Of a stretch of DNA of 47,436 nucleotides, positions 9,308 through 20,800 are shown piece after piece. The stretch comes from Myxococcota bacterium (lineage in GTDB: Bacteria > Myxococcota_C > UBA6777), in NCBI GenBank assembly GCA_023150835.1, contig JAKLKB010000037.1, forward strand, positions 1 through 47,436, given 5' to 3'. The position numbers and the translations under genes are program-made. The notes under the pieces are model-generated. The model was not told the origin of the DNA, made no database searches, and was given only the letters and a program-made list of their open reading frames with translations. Positions within the stretch are counted from its first letter, which is position 1, and each line of letters opens with the position of its first letter.

Positions 9308-10216
9308 TTAGGGCTGGGTGGTGGGGGTATGCGGTAAGCGGAAAAGGTCGCGTGTGGTGAAGGTCCATTCGGGGGTTTGGATGGTGCCTCGGTATGGGAA
9401 CGTAAACCAAGCGGTATGGGGTTTTTCAGGATTGCGCAGGATGTGGAAAGATTGTGCGGGCATATAGCTTTGACCGAGTAAATAGTATGCCCGCCCTTGT
9501 TTGTCACGGGCGATATCGAGCAATAATACGGCGTGACCGTATTGACCGTCACGCCAACCTTGCAACAACAGATCACCCGGCTGCGCCTCTTGGATGGGGA
9601 TATTGCGCAACTGGCGCACCAAAGACGACGTATTGGCCCACGCCATCGCAAAACGCAGATACCGCTGGTAGTTTGCATAAGAAGAGTTTTTTCGTGCCAC
9701 CCGTCGACGCCAGATCACCGTCTCCCCATCCACGCGGATCCGATCGCCACGCGCCCACCAGACCCAAGGGTTTCGCATACCGCTCAAAAGGTGAAAGTCT
9801 GCTTGATGCGCCAGCTTTCGGGTCCACAGGTATTCCCCCCACAAGCGCATCACGACATCGGCGCATTGTTGGAGATCGCGCTTGCCGATATCGAGATCAA
9901 CCACCGCAGCATGGACATCTTGGCGACGTTTTTGCCGCCCGTTAAACAACATCACAGGCGCGTTCGGCGGCAACAGCGGCAATCGGCGCAGCCACCAAGC
10001 AAAACTATGGCGTCGTAGTCTCGGGCGTTTTGCTCCACGAGGCGCGGGGAAACGCTGAGACAAGCTCTGATGGTTTTTTTGCTGTTTTTTCCAGAAAAAC
10101 AACGGCGCAGCAGAACCGACGCTTGCGCTGCTCGCCAGCACACAAAACACCAACAACGCGATACCTTTGCTAGCGAACAAACTGCCTGCAAGCAGGACAA
10201 CGATCTTGTCGAACAT
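9308..10216 (-). CDS. DUF4846-like exported protein (papain/NlpC-P60-like Cys-His pair)
   Basis: DLQQCAD, PGDLLLQG..GHAV, LGQSYMPAQ and TPEW motifs; ATG 10216 after GGAGG. Confidence 0.75.
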   Translation of the reverse strand: MFDKIVVLLAGSLFASKGIALLVFCVLASSASVGSAAPLFFWKKQQKNHQSLSQRFPAPRGAKRPRLRRHSFAWWLRRLPLLPPNAPVMLFNGRQKRRQDVHAAVVDLDIGKRDLQQCADVVMRLWGEYLWTRKLAHQADFHLLSGMRNPWVWWARGDRIRVDGETVIWRRRVARKNSSYANYQRYLRFAMAWANTSSLVRQLRNIPIQEAQPGDLLLQGWRDGQYGHAVLLLDIARDKQGRAYYLLGQSYMPAQSFHILRNPEKPHTAWFTFPYRGTIQTPEWTFTTRDLFRLPHTPTTQP

Positions 10217-10559
10217 ACGGCCTCCTTCAAGACATCGCGTTCTTTGCAACAACGCCCATCCGTCGCCAAGACACACAAAATACCATCGCCCCGCCAAACA
10301 AGCAAAAAGCTAGACAAAGCGCCCCCCACGCCCCCCACCACCGCCAAGACCAACGCAGGATCGCAACCGTTCGCAAAAAGGATTCTTGCCTTTTTGCTGG
10401 TGTTCTGAGATATCTCGGAGTCACGCAATTCTATCGGTCGCGTTTCACTCTGCACAGGGTCACGCTATCGTTGTTTATGACTGTTTTTGGGAGCGGATTC
10501 GCTGCGCGATGCGTATGGCCATCTCACTCCGTTTGGGGCCCCCTTAGCGGATCTTTGAT

Positions 10560-11885
10560 TTGAGGCGTCAGGGTACATTGAAACAACTCGTCAACGAATC
10601 CTTTGAAGTCGCAGCACTCGCCGATATCGGCCCTCGTTTTGAGCAACAAGACAGCATCTACATCCACGCAGGTCCCGGTCGTTTGAGCGCGCTGTTTGCT
10701 GTCAGCGATGGGCACGGTCCCCTCGGAGGATGCAGCGAAGATGTGATCGCGATCTTTGCAGAACACGTCGCCCGTTCGCTTGATGCGCTTCCTGAGGAGG
10801 ATCCTGTCCTCTCCGCCCAAGTGATCGAGATCCTTCGTGAGGCCGTGAAGCACACCGACGAAGAGATCTGCTTGCGCTTGCGGCGCAATGTCGAACGCAT
10901 CCTTCAAAGTTGGCTCGCAAGCAACGCCGAAGCCGAGAGTGCGTTGTCTGTGCTTGGAGAGGACTTTTTTCACGGCGAACTCAGCAGCGGTGCCACGATG
11001 ACCGCCCTGCTTCAGATCGAAGGCGCTTTTTACATCACCCACGTCGGTGATAGCCAAGCCTTCTGGCTCAACGACCACGATCCCTCCCCCAAAGCCCTCA
11101 CCATCGATCACAATTGGAAAGAAGACGAAGACACCGAAGTTTTTGGCGGCGTCGTGTACAAACACGATCTCGCCGTCGCAAGGGCATTTGGGCACCCCCG
11201 ATTGAAAAAGAAGAACCTTCTCACCGCGCAGCCCGATATCTTCCGTCTCGAAGGCATCCAACGCGGTGATGCTTTTGTCCTTGCTTCCGACGGTATCCTC
11301 GCTCTGCTTGAAGAGCACGGCCTAAACATCCTCCAGCTCGCTCTCCAAAAACCGAACCCCCGCAACGCGGCCTTGGCCTTGCTCCAAGCCGGCCAAGATA
11401 TCACCACCGACAACATCTCGATCATCGTCATCCGCTACCGCGATCCAGATGCCGAAACGGGCGACGCCGACCCCATCACCGAAGAACTCACCTTGGGCTT
11501 GCACGAAGACCTTGACACCCTCTCCGTCAACTTCTCCCTCTCCACCGAGCGTTCCTCGGCCCTTGATGACTTTCCCACATCCGATCTATCTCAAAGCATC
11601 GAAGAAGTCCGACAGCGCTTCTTTCCAGCCGCCGAACAAGCCACCCTCGAACTGGATTCTTGGGACGAAGAAAGCCTTGCCCCCCCACAAAGCCGAATCA
11701 ATATCCCTACACCCACGAGCGGATTGCCGCACATCGATCCCACCGAAGACATCGAGATCGATCCTGAAGAACGCGCCCATTTGGTGTCGCCTTACGCGGT
11801 GTCCTCACCCTCCGAAAAATCCGCATCTTCCGAGTCCGCTCTGCCTCTCCCCCCCCAAAGCGATCCCCACAATCCCTCCAAATAA
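10560..11885 (+). CDS. PP2C/PPM-family protein serine/threonine phosphatase with acidic C-terminal tail
   Basis: RFEQQD, VSDGHG, HVGDS, ASDG and DNIS motifs; start uncertain (TTG 10560 or 10578). Confidence 0.85.
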   Translation: MRRQGTLKQLVNESFEVAALADIGPRFEQQDSIYIHAGPGRLSALFAVSDGHGPLGGCSEDVIAIFAEHVARSLDALPEEDPVLSAQVIEILREAVKHTDEEICLRLRRNVERILQSWLASNAEAESALSVLGEDFFHGELSSGATMTALLQIEGAFYITHVGDSQAFWLNDHDPSPKALTIDHNWKEDEDTEVFGGVVYKHDLAVARAFGHPRLKKKNLLTAQPDIFRLEGIQRGDAFVLASDGILALLEEHGLNILQLALQKPNPRNAALALLQAGQDITTDNISIIVIRYRDPDAETGDADPITEELTLGLHEDLDTLSVNFSLSTERSSALDDFPTSDLSQSIEEVRQRFFPAAEQATLELDSWDEESLAPPQSRINIPTPTSGLPHIDPTEDIEIDPEERAHLVSPYAVSSPSEKSASSESALPLPPQSDPHNPSK

Positions 11886-11999
11886 GACGAAATCCGCAGG
11901 GAGCATGATCGTAAAACGTAGGGGCAGCCACAGGGGCTGCCCAAGGATTGGGCGTCTGGGCGCTATCCTTCTTCGATCATAGATCACTCGGCTATCGTA
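11886..11999 (+). mobile_element. MITE-like family 1 element
   Basis: GACGAAATCCG...GTAGGGGCAGCCACAGGGGCTGCCC...CGGCTATCGTA; left flank TAA is the PP2C stop codon. Confidence 0.8.
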
Positions 12000-12027
12000 T
12001 ACCGCCCGCAAAAGATATCGGCGAAGA

Positions 12028-13056
12028 TTACGGAGCGGGTGTTGTGGCAGATCGGGAGGCGGGAACAACGGGCTGAGAAGCGGGAGGAGATATCTTTGCA
12101 GGAGTCGTCGCGGGGAGATAGGCGGCAGGGGCGCGGATATCTGTCACGATACCGTAGTGATCGGACAAGGCATCTTTAAAGACGCGAAACGAGGTAAATT
12201 CGAAGCCTTTGGGTACGAAGACCCAGTCGAAGCGTTTTTTGAAGCGGGGAAAAGTGTAAAGGTACGGATTGAAGGGCTGATGCGTCGTTAAGTTCAGGGC
12301 TTTTGCAAAAGAACGCAACGGCGAGTTTTCCTTGAACCATTCGTTGTTAAAGTCGCCTGTCAAGATCACAGGGTTTTTGCGTGTGCGTACGATATCGATG
12401 ATCTCTTGAAGTTGCGAGCGCTGCATGTGATTGCGCAGCGGATCAAGGTGCAGCGTGATCAGATCGACCTTGAGCGTTGGGATCTCCGGCCACTCGATGG
12501 TTGCAACCACAAAGCCTTTTCCCGGCATGGGAAAAGACGGCTTAAAGATATGTGATATCGTCTTTTTCATCGGGATCAGCGAGATAAATCCCGTTCCATA
12601 GCGCAAGCCCATCTTTTGGACATGTTCGCCAAGCAGGCTGAAGGGATACCCCGACTGTTCGGCAAGATAATCGACATGATGGAATTGACCGCTCCAATTG
12701 GAGGGAGCATCGGCTTCTTGGAAGGCTGCGATATCGGGTTGTTCACGCCGAATTACTGCCGCGATATCGCGGAGGTTGCTTTCAAACGTCGGCTTGCTGA
12801 GCAGATACTGATGAACCGAGCGTTTGCGACCATGTGCAAGATTGAGCGTCAAGATGCGCAGCGTTCCTTTGGGGCGCTCACGTGTGAGTTTTAAGGGGGC
12901 GACACGGATCACGGTTTGCGGGACACTTGTGGTTCTTGGAGTTTGCGCACGCGCCGCGATCAACGGAAGTGCAACCCCCCATCCCAACGCGATCAACAAC
13001 ACTCCCCATCCTGTCCACTGAATTCTCCGACGTAATTGCGTCTTGCTTGCTTGCAT
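12028..13056 (-). CDS. Endonuclease/exonuclease/phosphatase (EEP) family protein, exported or membrane-anchored
   Basis: ILTLN, FQE, TLHL, GDFN, FDWV and SDH motifs; N-terminal hydrophobic segment; ATG 13056 after GAGGAG. Confidence 0.85.
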   Translation of the reverse strand: MQASKTQLRRRIQWTGWGVLLIALGWGVALPLIAARAQTPRTTSVPQTVIRVAPLKLTRERPKGTLRILTLNLAHGRKRSVHQYLLSKPTFESNLRDIAAVIRREQPDIAAFQEADAPSNWSGQFHHVDYLAEQSGYPFSLLGEHVQKMGLRYGTGFISLIPMKKTISHIFKPSFPMPGKGFVVATIEWPEIPTLKVDLITLHLDPLRNHMQRSQLQEIIDIVRTRKNPVILTGDFNNEWFKENSPLRSFAKALNLTTHQPFNPYLYTFPRFKKRFDWVFVPKGFEFTSFRVFKDALSDHYGIVTDIRAPAAYLPATTPAKISPPASQPVVPASRSATTPAP

Positions 13057-13232
13057 CTGCGAACTCCTCACAAAAGAGCCAACCATCCGAAGCGATCCTC
13101 CACATCCGCATCTCTACGTTTGGAGATCGCCACATTTAGCCAAAAACAAAACTGTAGCGCAAGAGTCCGCATCCTTGCGGGTTGCGGGGCCGCACGCAAC
13201 CAGCCCAGACCCAAAAGCCGATGCGATGGGGT

Positions 13233-13802
13233 TCAGAACGTGGAGAAGTGGATGCGGCGCCCGGGTTGGAAGCCTGTGCTGTCGATGCGAAGGGCTTGGA
13301 TCTGCGCGTCGTTGAGTCCGGGGATGCGCATTTGAAGGGCGGAAACAGCTTCGGTGCAGAAGTGGTGGCCGTAGGATGGGGAGAGGCGTTCGGAAGCAAG
13401 GGTGATCTTGTCGCAGAGATGCTGAAAAAGAGCCTTCCACCGTTCGTAAGCAACCGGTTTATCCGCACGCATCAGCGTGTGGCTCGATACACGGATCTCC
13501 AATCCGACATGTTGCGCGACGATGAACATCAGGTTTCGCTTCCAAGGTTCGGAAGGAACGGCATGCAAGCTATCGATCCGCATCGTGGAGAGGTCGGGCG
13601 TGAGAGGTCGGGCTTTGACGCGTTCATCGAGCGTCGTCAACTGCATCAAAAGGGCGGCATCTTCGCCGAGTTCTTCTTTGGTGATGCCGTACTTGCCCAT
13701 CAATTGGAGAGCATGGAGACGGGCAGACTCCCCTTCGGGCCGTCCCACTTGATCGTGGGCCAAACGAAGCAAGGCGCGGACTTTTTCAATCTTGTTCATC
13801 AT
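13233..13802 (-). CDS. DUF2786-like domain protein
   Basis: N-terminal IEKVRALLRLA..EGESARLHALQLMGKYGI pattern; start likely ATG 13802. Confidence 0.65.
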   Translation of the reverse strand: MMNKIEKVRALLRLAHDQVGRPEGESARLHALQLMGKYGITKEELGEDAALLMQLTTLDERVKARPLTPDLSTMRIDSLHAVPSEPWKRNLMFIVAQHVGLEIRVSSHTLMRADKPVAYERWKALFQHLCDKITLASERLSPSYGHHFCTEAVSALQMRIPGLNDAQIQALRIDSTGFQPGRRIHFSTF

Positions 13803-13994
13803 CGCCCTTCCGTCGCTTAGAAAAGCGCGTAAAGAAACCCACGCATACACGGTGTGTTGAGCCTTTCTGCTGTCTTTGGGTGTCGTATCGAGGCGGAGCG
13901 GTGAGGCTTTGGGGTCGTTTGGGGACGAGAGAAAGCCGCGTCCGTTCGTGGAGTATCGGCGTGCGAGCATACGCCGAAGAAAAAGCGGTGTAAA

Positions 13995-14474
13995 CTACAA
14001 AAGATCGATCCAAGCCTCCCACCATACGGGACATCGCCCATGAATCGCGATCTGGATCTCGCGCTGCTCTGGGCTTTTGGAAAGCAGACGGATCGCAATG
14101 TAGTCAGCAGGCAAGTAGCCCTCCAATCGATCTGCCCATTCGACGGCCACCACCGCCTCACCATCCAAGCAATCACGCCAACCAATGCTCTCCAGTTCAT
14201 CAACATCCGAAATTCGATACAGGTCGAGGTGATACACAGGCAAACGACCTTCGTACTGTTCGATCAAAGAAAAGGTTGGGCTGCGCACATAAGCTTCCTC
14301 GGGGATCTCTAGCCCGCTCGCGAGTCCTTGGACAAAACAGGTTTTTCCTGCCCCCAGATCCCCGATAAGCGCCAAGACTTCGCCGCCTTGCAACAAGCGC
14401 CCCAAAGCTTCCCCAACAGAGGCTGTTTCGGAAGGTGAGCAGGTCCAGATCGAATCGCTGCGTGTTTCGCTCAC
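13995..14474 (-). CDS. tsaE: tRNA threonylcarbamoyladenosine biosynthesis ATPase TsaE
   Basis: GDLGAGKT, SPTF, HLDLYR and VEW motifs; 4-bp overlap with nnr as in the conserved yjeF-yjeE pair. Confidence 0.95.
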   Translation of the reverse strand: MSETRSDSIWTCSPSETASVGEALGRLLQGGEVLALIGDLGAGKTCFVQGLASGLEIPEEAYVRSPTFSLIEQYEGRLPVYHLDLYRISDVDELESIGWRDCLDGEAVVAVEWADRLEGYLPADYIAIRLLSKSPEQREIQIAIHGRCPVWWEAWIDLL

Positions 14475-16153
14475 CGCTGTCCTCCCAAACCACCCGTCGG
14501 GTGAGCTGTTGCGTTTGTCACGAAAACATCGGCCCGTTGTGCAAGCGTGTCAGCCCCTTGCTCAAAAGCTGCGAGCGCTTGGGGCCACATCGCCAAAAGA
14601 TCCGAAGCGATCAATGCCGAAGCAGCGGCTCTTGTAGCCCACAGATCACCCGCCCAACCATGCAAAAAGACCCCCAAACACGCGGAATCTTCGGCTTTGT
14701 AGCCTTGGGCCAACAGACCACCGATCAGCCCGGCCAAGACATCTCCGCTTCCTGCGGTCGCCATCCCCGCATGCCCTGTGGGGTTCAACCAAACTTTGCC
14801 CGTTGGCGTCGCGATCAACGTTCTTGCGCCCTTCAAAACCACGATCGCACCGCTGTTTTCGGCAAGTTGTTTTGCGTACATCAAGCGATCACCTTGGATA
14901 TCTCGCGTCGAACAACCACACAACCTCGCCATCTCACCCGGGTGAGGCGTCAAGATCGTCGCCGCACGCCGCGCACGTAAACACTCGACGCGGCCCACCA
15001 ACAGATTCAAACCATCCGCATCGATGACTGTGGGCTTTTGAACCCCAAGCAACGCCTCAAGTAAGCTCCCCGTAACAGCGGTTTGCCCCAAGCCCGGCCC
15101 TATCACCATGATATCCCGCGCCTCCGCCAGCTCGGCCCCTCGCCGACAAGCCTCCGCCAGTTCGACCCCTCGTCGCCCTGTCTCTGTCTGTTCAAATGTC
15201 CCTTCCCACGGAACAAGGCGCTCCGTCATCACTTCCAAGATCCGCCCTTCTGCGGCATCCACCGCTGCGGGTTCGCTCGCCAACGTACATAACCCCGCCC
15301 CGCTGCGCAGCACCGCAAGGCAGGCCAACAACGCAGCCCCCAGCTTGCCCCGTGATCCCGCAACCACCAAGACATGGCCATAACTGCCTTTGTGCGTATC
15401 CTGCTCACGTGGACGCCATCGCTCGCGCAACGCCTCAGCCTCCAAAACCTCGCAACGCGCAACTGCCGCCTCGATCAGCTCTTTCGGTGCGCCGATATCC
15501 ACACAGACTTCTTGCCCCACAAACGCCGCAGCATGGGGCATCCACAACCCCACCTTGCGCATCGCAAAAGTAATCGTCAGATCCGCCCGAAAACACAGGG
15601 GCATCGGATGTCCCGTCTCTGCGTGCATTCCCGAAGGAAGATCCACCGCAACGCGAAAAGGTCCGTCTATCCGACTCAATCGTTCCAAAACTTGACGCAT
15701 CCACCCATCGACAGGGCGCGAAAGCCCCGTTCCAAGCAGCGCATCCACCAGCACCGCACAACGAGACAACTGCGACGCAGCTTGATCCAAAGCCGACTCA
15801 TCCAAACAAGGATGCACCACCCCACCCATCTTTTGCCAGATCGCCAGATTGCTCGCGGCATCTCCCCGAACATCGGACTCTTCAACGCATCGGTACACTT
15901 CGACGTTGTAGCCGCAGTTGTGCAAGTGTCGAGCGATAACGTAGCCATCCCCCCCGTTGTTTCCCGGCCCTGCCATGATACAGATCTTGCCATCCCCACG
16001 CATCGGGCTTTTTCGCACATATTCGTCGATCAAGCGCGCCGCCCCTCCGCCCGCGTTCTCCATCAACACGATCCCCGCGATCCCGTACGCCATCGCTTGT
16101 TGATCGAGACGACGGGCCTGTTCGACCGAATAAAGCTTCTTCAAACGATCCAT
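14471..16153 (-). CDS. nnr: Bifunctional NAD(P)H-hydrate epimerase/dehydratase (YjeF)
   Basis: LMENAG, GPGNNGGDG, DALLGTG, HKGSYG, GPGLG, DADGLN, TPHPGE and GSGDVL motifs. Confidence 0.95.
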   Translation of the reverse strand: MDRLKKLYSVEQARRLDQQAMAYGIAGIVLMENAGGGAARLIDEYVRKSPMRGDGKICIMAGPGNNGGDGYVIARHLHNCGYNVEVYRCVEESDVRGDAASNLAIWQKMGGVVHPCLDESALDQAASQLSRCAVLVDALLGTGLSRPVDGWMRQVLERLSRIDGPFRVAVDLPSGMHAETGHPMPLCFRADLTITFAMRKVGLWMPHAAAFVGQEVCVDIGAPKELIEAAVARCEVLEAEALRERWRPREQDTHKGSYGHVLVVAGSRGKLGAALLACLAVLRSGAGLCTLASEPAAVDAAEGRILEVMTERLVPWEGTFEQTETGRRGVELAEACRRGAELAEARDIMVIGPGLGQTAVTGSLLEALLGVQKPTVIDADGLNLLVGRVECLRARRAATILTPHPGEMARLCGCSTRDIQGDRLMYAKQLAENSGAIVVLKGARTLIATPTGKVWLNPTGHAGMATAGSGDVLAGLIGGLLAQGYKAEDSACLGVFLHGWAGDLWATRAAASALIASDLLAMWPQALAAFEQGADTLAQRADVFVTNATAHPTGGLGGQR

Positions 16154-16178
16154 CCTTTGTTTTTTGATTTGTTTTTTG

Positions 16179-17684
16179 CTAGTAGCTGTTGATGGCGTAG
16201 CGTTCGACGTGGAAAGACTCGCGTGGGCGGATCAAGATCTTGCGATTCAAGAGTTTTTCTAACCAGTCCACCACGCCGCGCTCTTGACTGAAAAGCTGCT
16301 CAACCACTGAAGGATGAGCGTTGACTTGGATGGTTCGACCTTCCATCGCGTCGGCCATCCGCATCAATTCACGAAAGATCTCGTAGCAGATCGTGGTTTT
16401 GGATTTGAGCATCCCCGTTCCGTTGCAATAAAAACAGGGCTCCGTCAAGGTCCGACCGAGACTTTCACGCACACGCTTTCGGGTCATCTCGACCAAACCG
16501 AGTTCTGAGATCTTTAAGACGTTGGTTTTTGCACGATCGGCTTTGAGTGCCTGAACAAGCGCAGCACAGACCCGATCGCGATGTTCTGTGCGTTCCATGT
16601 CGATAAAGTCGATGATGATCAACCCGCCGATATTGCGCAAACGAAGCTGATACACCACCTCTTGGACGGCTTCGAGGTTGGTTTGTAGGATCGTATCTTG
16701 GAGATTGCGGCGTCCGACATAGCGGCCCGTATTGACGTCGATGGCGGTCAATGCTTCGGCTTGATCGATCACCAAGTACCCGCCACTTTTCAGCCAGACC
16801 TTGCGCGCAAGCGCACGGGAGATCTCGTGCGAGATCCCAAAAGTGTCAAAGATCGGATCGGGCCGTTGATACAGTTCGACAGCAAACTGTGCCTCGGGCA
16901 TATACGAGTCCAAAAAGCGCCGTACGCGATAAAACTCTTCGGGATTATCGAGCAAGACGCGCTCGGTCTCGTCGTTACAAAGATCGCGGATCGATCGCAG
17001 CGCAACGTTCAGATCGTAGTGCAAAAGCTCGGGAGCTTGGGCGCTTTCTTCTCTTCGTTGGATCTCTGTCCACATCCGTAGCAAAAAATCGACATCACGG
17101 CGCAGTTGTTCTTCGGAGGCTCCTTCGGCCACCGTACGAACAATAAAGCCGCCTTCGGAAGGGCGTACGCCTTCCATCAGTTTTCGTAAGCGTTCGCGCT
17201 CTTCGGCGTCTCCGATGCGACGAGAGATCCCGATATGCGAAAAGCGCGGAAGATACACAAGATAGCGCCCGGGCAACGTGATGTGCGTGGTGAGGCGCGC
17301 TCCCTTGGTTCCAAGGGGGTCTTTGGAGACTTGGACCGTGATGGTTTGGCCCTCTTGAAGGATATCTTCGATACGGAGTTCTTCTTTTCCTTCTTCTTCG
17401 TGGTGGTGGGGATGTTCGGTTTCGCTCTCCTCTCCAAGTTCGACATCACCTTCTGCGGCCATACGCGCATCGCCGACGTACAAAAATGCTGCCTTCTCTT
17501 GTCCGATATCGACAAAAGCGGCTTGCATCCCCGGCAAGACACGGACCACACGACCTCGATAAATATTGCCTACGATACCACGTTCATGCTCCCGTTCGAT
17601 ATACAGCTCAGCCAGACGACCATATTCCAGCAAGGCGACACGAACCTCGGGTAGCATGGAGTTGATGACGAGCATATTGCCCAT
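16179..17684 (-). CDS. rng: Ribonuclease G (Rne/Rng family)
   Basis: GNIYRGRV..PGMQAAFVDIG, KGARLT, IDVNTG, IIDFIDM and CxxC (PCFYC); about 500 aa with no RNase E scaffold tail. Confidence 0.9.
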   Translation of the reverse strand: MGNMLVINSMLPEVRVALLEYGRLAELYIEREHERGIVGNIYRGRVVRVLPGMQAAFVDIGQEKAAFLYVGDARMAAEGDVELGEESETEHPHHHEEEGKEELRIEDILQEGQTITVQVSKDPLGTKGARLTTHITLPGRYLVYLPRFSHIGISRRIGDAEERERLRKLMEGVRPSEGGFIVRTVAEGASEEQLRRDVDFLLRMWTEIQRREESAQAPELLHYDLNVALRSIRDLCNDETERVLLDNPEEFYRVRRFLDSYMPEAQFAVELYQRPDPIFDTFGISHEISRALARKVWLKSGGYLVIDQAEALTAIDVNTGRYVGRRNLQDTILQTNLEAVQEVVYQLRLRNIGGLIIIDFIDMERTEHRDRVCAALVQALKADRAKTNVLKISELGLVEMTRKRVRESLGRTLTEPCFYCNGTGMLKSKTTICYEIFRELMRMADAMEGRTIQVNAHPSVVEQLFSQERGVVDWLEKLLNRKILIRPRESFHVERYAINSY

Positions 17685-17846
17685 ACAGATCTCCATACCC
17701 TTGTCAATCGGGGATAATCATTCGGTGGACGTGCCACAGGCCGATCTATCCGCAAAGTTGTAAAGAATCGCATAACTTCATATCCAAAAAACGTTATTGT
17801 ACACGTTGAGGCCAACTCACAAACGCCGAATCTCGGTGATTTTGGC

Positions 17847-20800
17847 CTATACACGGTTAAGCAAGTAATGTTCGCGTTCGATCTTGGCGAGCAGTCGGCG
17901 ATTACCGATCTGTCCGGCCAGATAGCGCGCAGCAACCAGCGCATCATACGCGTCGCGTTTCATTTGCAGCAAACGGAAGATATGCGCAGAGACCAATTTG
18001 CACAACAGGACAACTTCCATCGCTTCCATCTGTTCGCTTAAACGCAAGATCCTGTGCATCTCTTCCAAGACTTCTTCTGCCTCCTGACGGCCTTCTCGCA
18101 AAGACACGATACTCAGATGGCAGCGGATCCACAGCTCCAACAATCGATCGCCCACAAACTGGGCGCGCTGGATGCCTTCTTCGAGATAAAGGCGCGAAGC
18201 CTCCAAGCGATCAAGCTGATAACACAACACCCCCAACCAACTCAACAACTCCCCCTCTGTTCGCTGATCGCCGAGTTCTTGGCTGATCACCAACGCGGCC
18301 TCAAGGGTTTCTTGGGCCTGATCGAACAAACGGCGGTCGCTTTGAAGCTGCCCAAGCAAGGCCATCGCGGTACATTCCATCCGACGATCACCTAGAGAAC
18401 GCGCAAAAGCAGTCGCTTTTTCAAAGCGCACAAGAGAAGCCGGCACATCCCCACCATCCAACTCCAACGTACCCAACTTGCACAGCGCCTCGATCTCGCC
18501 CCGCCGATCGCCTCCTTGGGTCGCGATCTCCAACGATTGCAAGTAGTACGCTTCGGCTTCGGGAAACTCGCCGCGTTGGTGCAACACTTGGCCGATCATA
18601 CCCGACAATCGGCCTTGTTCCCACACCAACTTTCGCGAAACCGCCCACGCAAGAGCCTCGCGATAAGCCTCCAAAGCAGCCCCATAACGCCCTTGCGATC
18701 GATAGATCCGACCCGCTTCCTGCAAAAGATACAGCCGCAGATCTTCTTCGACGGTCTCTTCGGCAAGTGCGGTCTTTACACAAGACAACGCCTCGCGATA
18801 GTTGCCGACTTCTCGCAAGAAAGTGGCTTTCCAACGCAGCAGCGGCGTGACGTCGCTTCCGGTGGGAAGGCTTTGCAGCGCATAATCCGCCATCTCCAAG
18901 CCCTGTCGGTATTGCGCCACCGCTTCCATCAATTCCAGATAAGCAAGATGATAGCGCCACCACCATGCCGAAGCGGGCGCAAACAAGGGCGCGTCGGTAT
19001 GGCGATGAAAAAGCTGTTGACAACGCTCCAGCAACTCCCATGTGCTGCGATGCGCAAAAGCCCGCAGCTGCCGCTCTGCGGCGAGCAACAGAAACCACGC
19101 CGCGTTCAGATCATCCCCCCCCGCCAAGAAGTGATGCCCCAACAGCTCAAAAGCTCCCTCTGTTGCGCTCGAACGCTGCAAAGCATAAGCAACCCCCAGA
19201 TGGTAGCGTTTTCGGGCCTCTTCGCTCAACTGGAGATACACCGCTTCTCGGATGCCCGGGTGATCGAATCGATAGCGCTCGGCTCCTGTGGCCCAATCTT
19301 CGGCGAGGATCTTTTGTTGGATCAACTCGTCCAAAAGCTGCAACAGTTCTTCTTCGGGAAGCCCGGACACTTCCGACAAGATCTCAAACGAGACATCCTG
19401 ATCCAAGACGGCGATCCACTCGCTTAATCCGCGTGCTTGAGTAGACAAGCGCTCAAATCGCCGCGCCAGTCGGTTGCGGATCGCTGTGGGCAAGAGCCCT
19501 CGGGTCACGCCCTCTTCTTCGGCCTCTTTGCCCTCTTGGACCACATAAAACTGCGTGTCTTCTTCGTAGAGCAGCCCTTCTTCGTGCCACGCCTTGACCC
19601 ATTCCTTGACAAAAAAGGGAATGCCTTGGCTCTTGATCATCAACTGCGCCAACGTCGGCGGGGCAGGTGGCAAGCCCACCATCGAAGTCACCATCTCCGA
19701 CACCTGCTCGATCGCAAGCGGCTTGAGATCGTGGATCGAGTACAACTGTTGGGGTGTCAAGCGCACCATCAAGTGATTGAGCGGATGATCCGACCCCACA
19801 TCCTCGCTGCGAAAAGTCCCCAACAACAACAACCGATACGGCGAAGGAGCATGCGCCAAAGACCGCACCAAAAACTCGGTCAGTTCGAGTGAAGTCTCAT
19901 CCGCATACATCAAGTCGTCCAGAAAAAACAGCAACGGCTCGGTTTCCAAAACCCGCGCAATCATCAAGCGCACCGCTTCAAAAAGACCTGCCTTCTCCTC
20001 TTCGGGTCCGCCGCTGTTGGTGGGAGTAAGCGTGACGTCTTCGTTGGAAGGGCGGTTTTCGATGCGTCCTCCGCTGTCCAACAAAGCTTGGGCTTTTTCT
20101 TTTTCTTTGATCTGCCCGATCAACGGGGCTTCCATCATCCGAAACCACAGATCCCCTTCACGCCCCCACAAACGCTGCGGAAGATCCGTATCGCGCAACA
20201 TCAACGAAGTTCGGAGCTGTTCAAAAAGTTCTTGATACGCCGCGTAGGGAGGCGAATCGCTCAAACAACGCACCGTACAACATTCGATCTGCTGTGCGCG
20301 TGCCGAGGCCAAGAACTCGCGTGCAAGGCGCGTTTTGCCCATCCCTGTATGGCCGCTGAGCAACAACAGCGTTCCCGCGCCATGACGCTGGCCCTCCAAG
20401 TGTTCCAAAAAAAGCTGACGCTCTTGTTGGCGGCCCACAAAAGAAGGCTCGGTCACGATCCGCTCACCGCTGGCGGCTTCGATCAACCATCCCGAAGCAT
20501 GGCGGTGTCCCGGCATACAGTCTTCAAGAGCTTGACGCAGATCTTCGGCCCGCTGAAAGCGGTTCGTTGGATCTTTTTCAAGCAGCCGCAAGACGATCTC
20601 TTCAAGACGCGGATCAAGTTGCGGGTTCCAGTTTCGCAACGGTGGTGCAGGCTTGTTCATGTGCATAAAGATCCGACCGATCGGCTCGGCAGAAACAAAC
20701 GGCGGGCGCCCTGTCAACAACTCGTAAAGGATCACACCCAACGCATACAGATCCGAACGGCCATCCACATCCTCGCACAACGCCTGCTCAGGGCTCAGAT

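Noticed and set aside
10251-10361. Sixth ~75-bp-period duplication (CGCCAAGAC core)
   Set aside because: Match is short and gapped in C/A-rich sequence; not distinguishable from chance by eye.
17705-17725. Fur-box-like GATAATCATT upstream of rng
   Set aside because: Only half of the consensus matches and there is no iron-related context.
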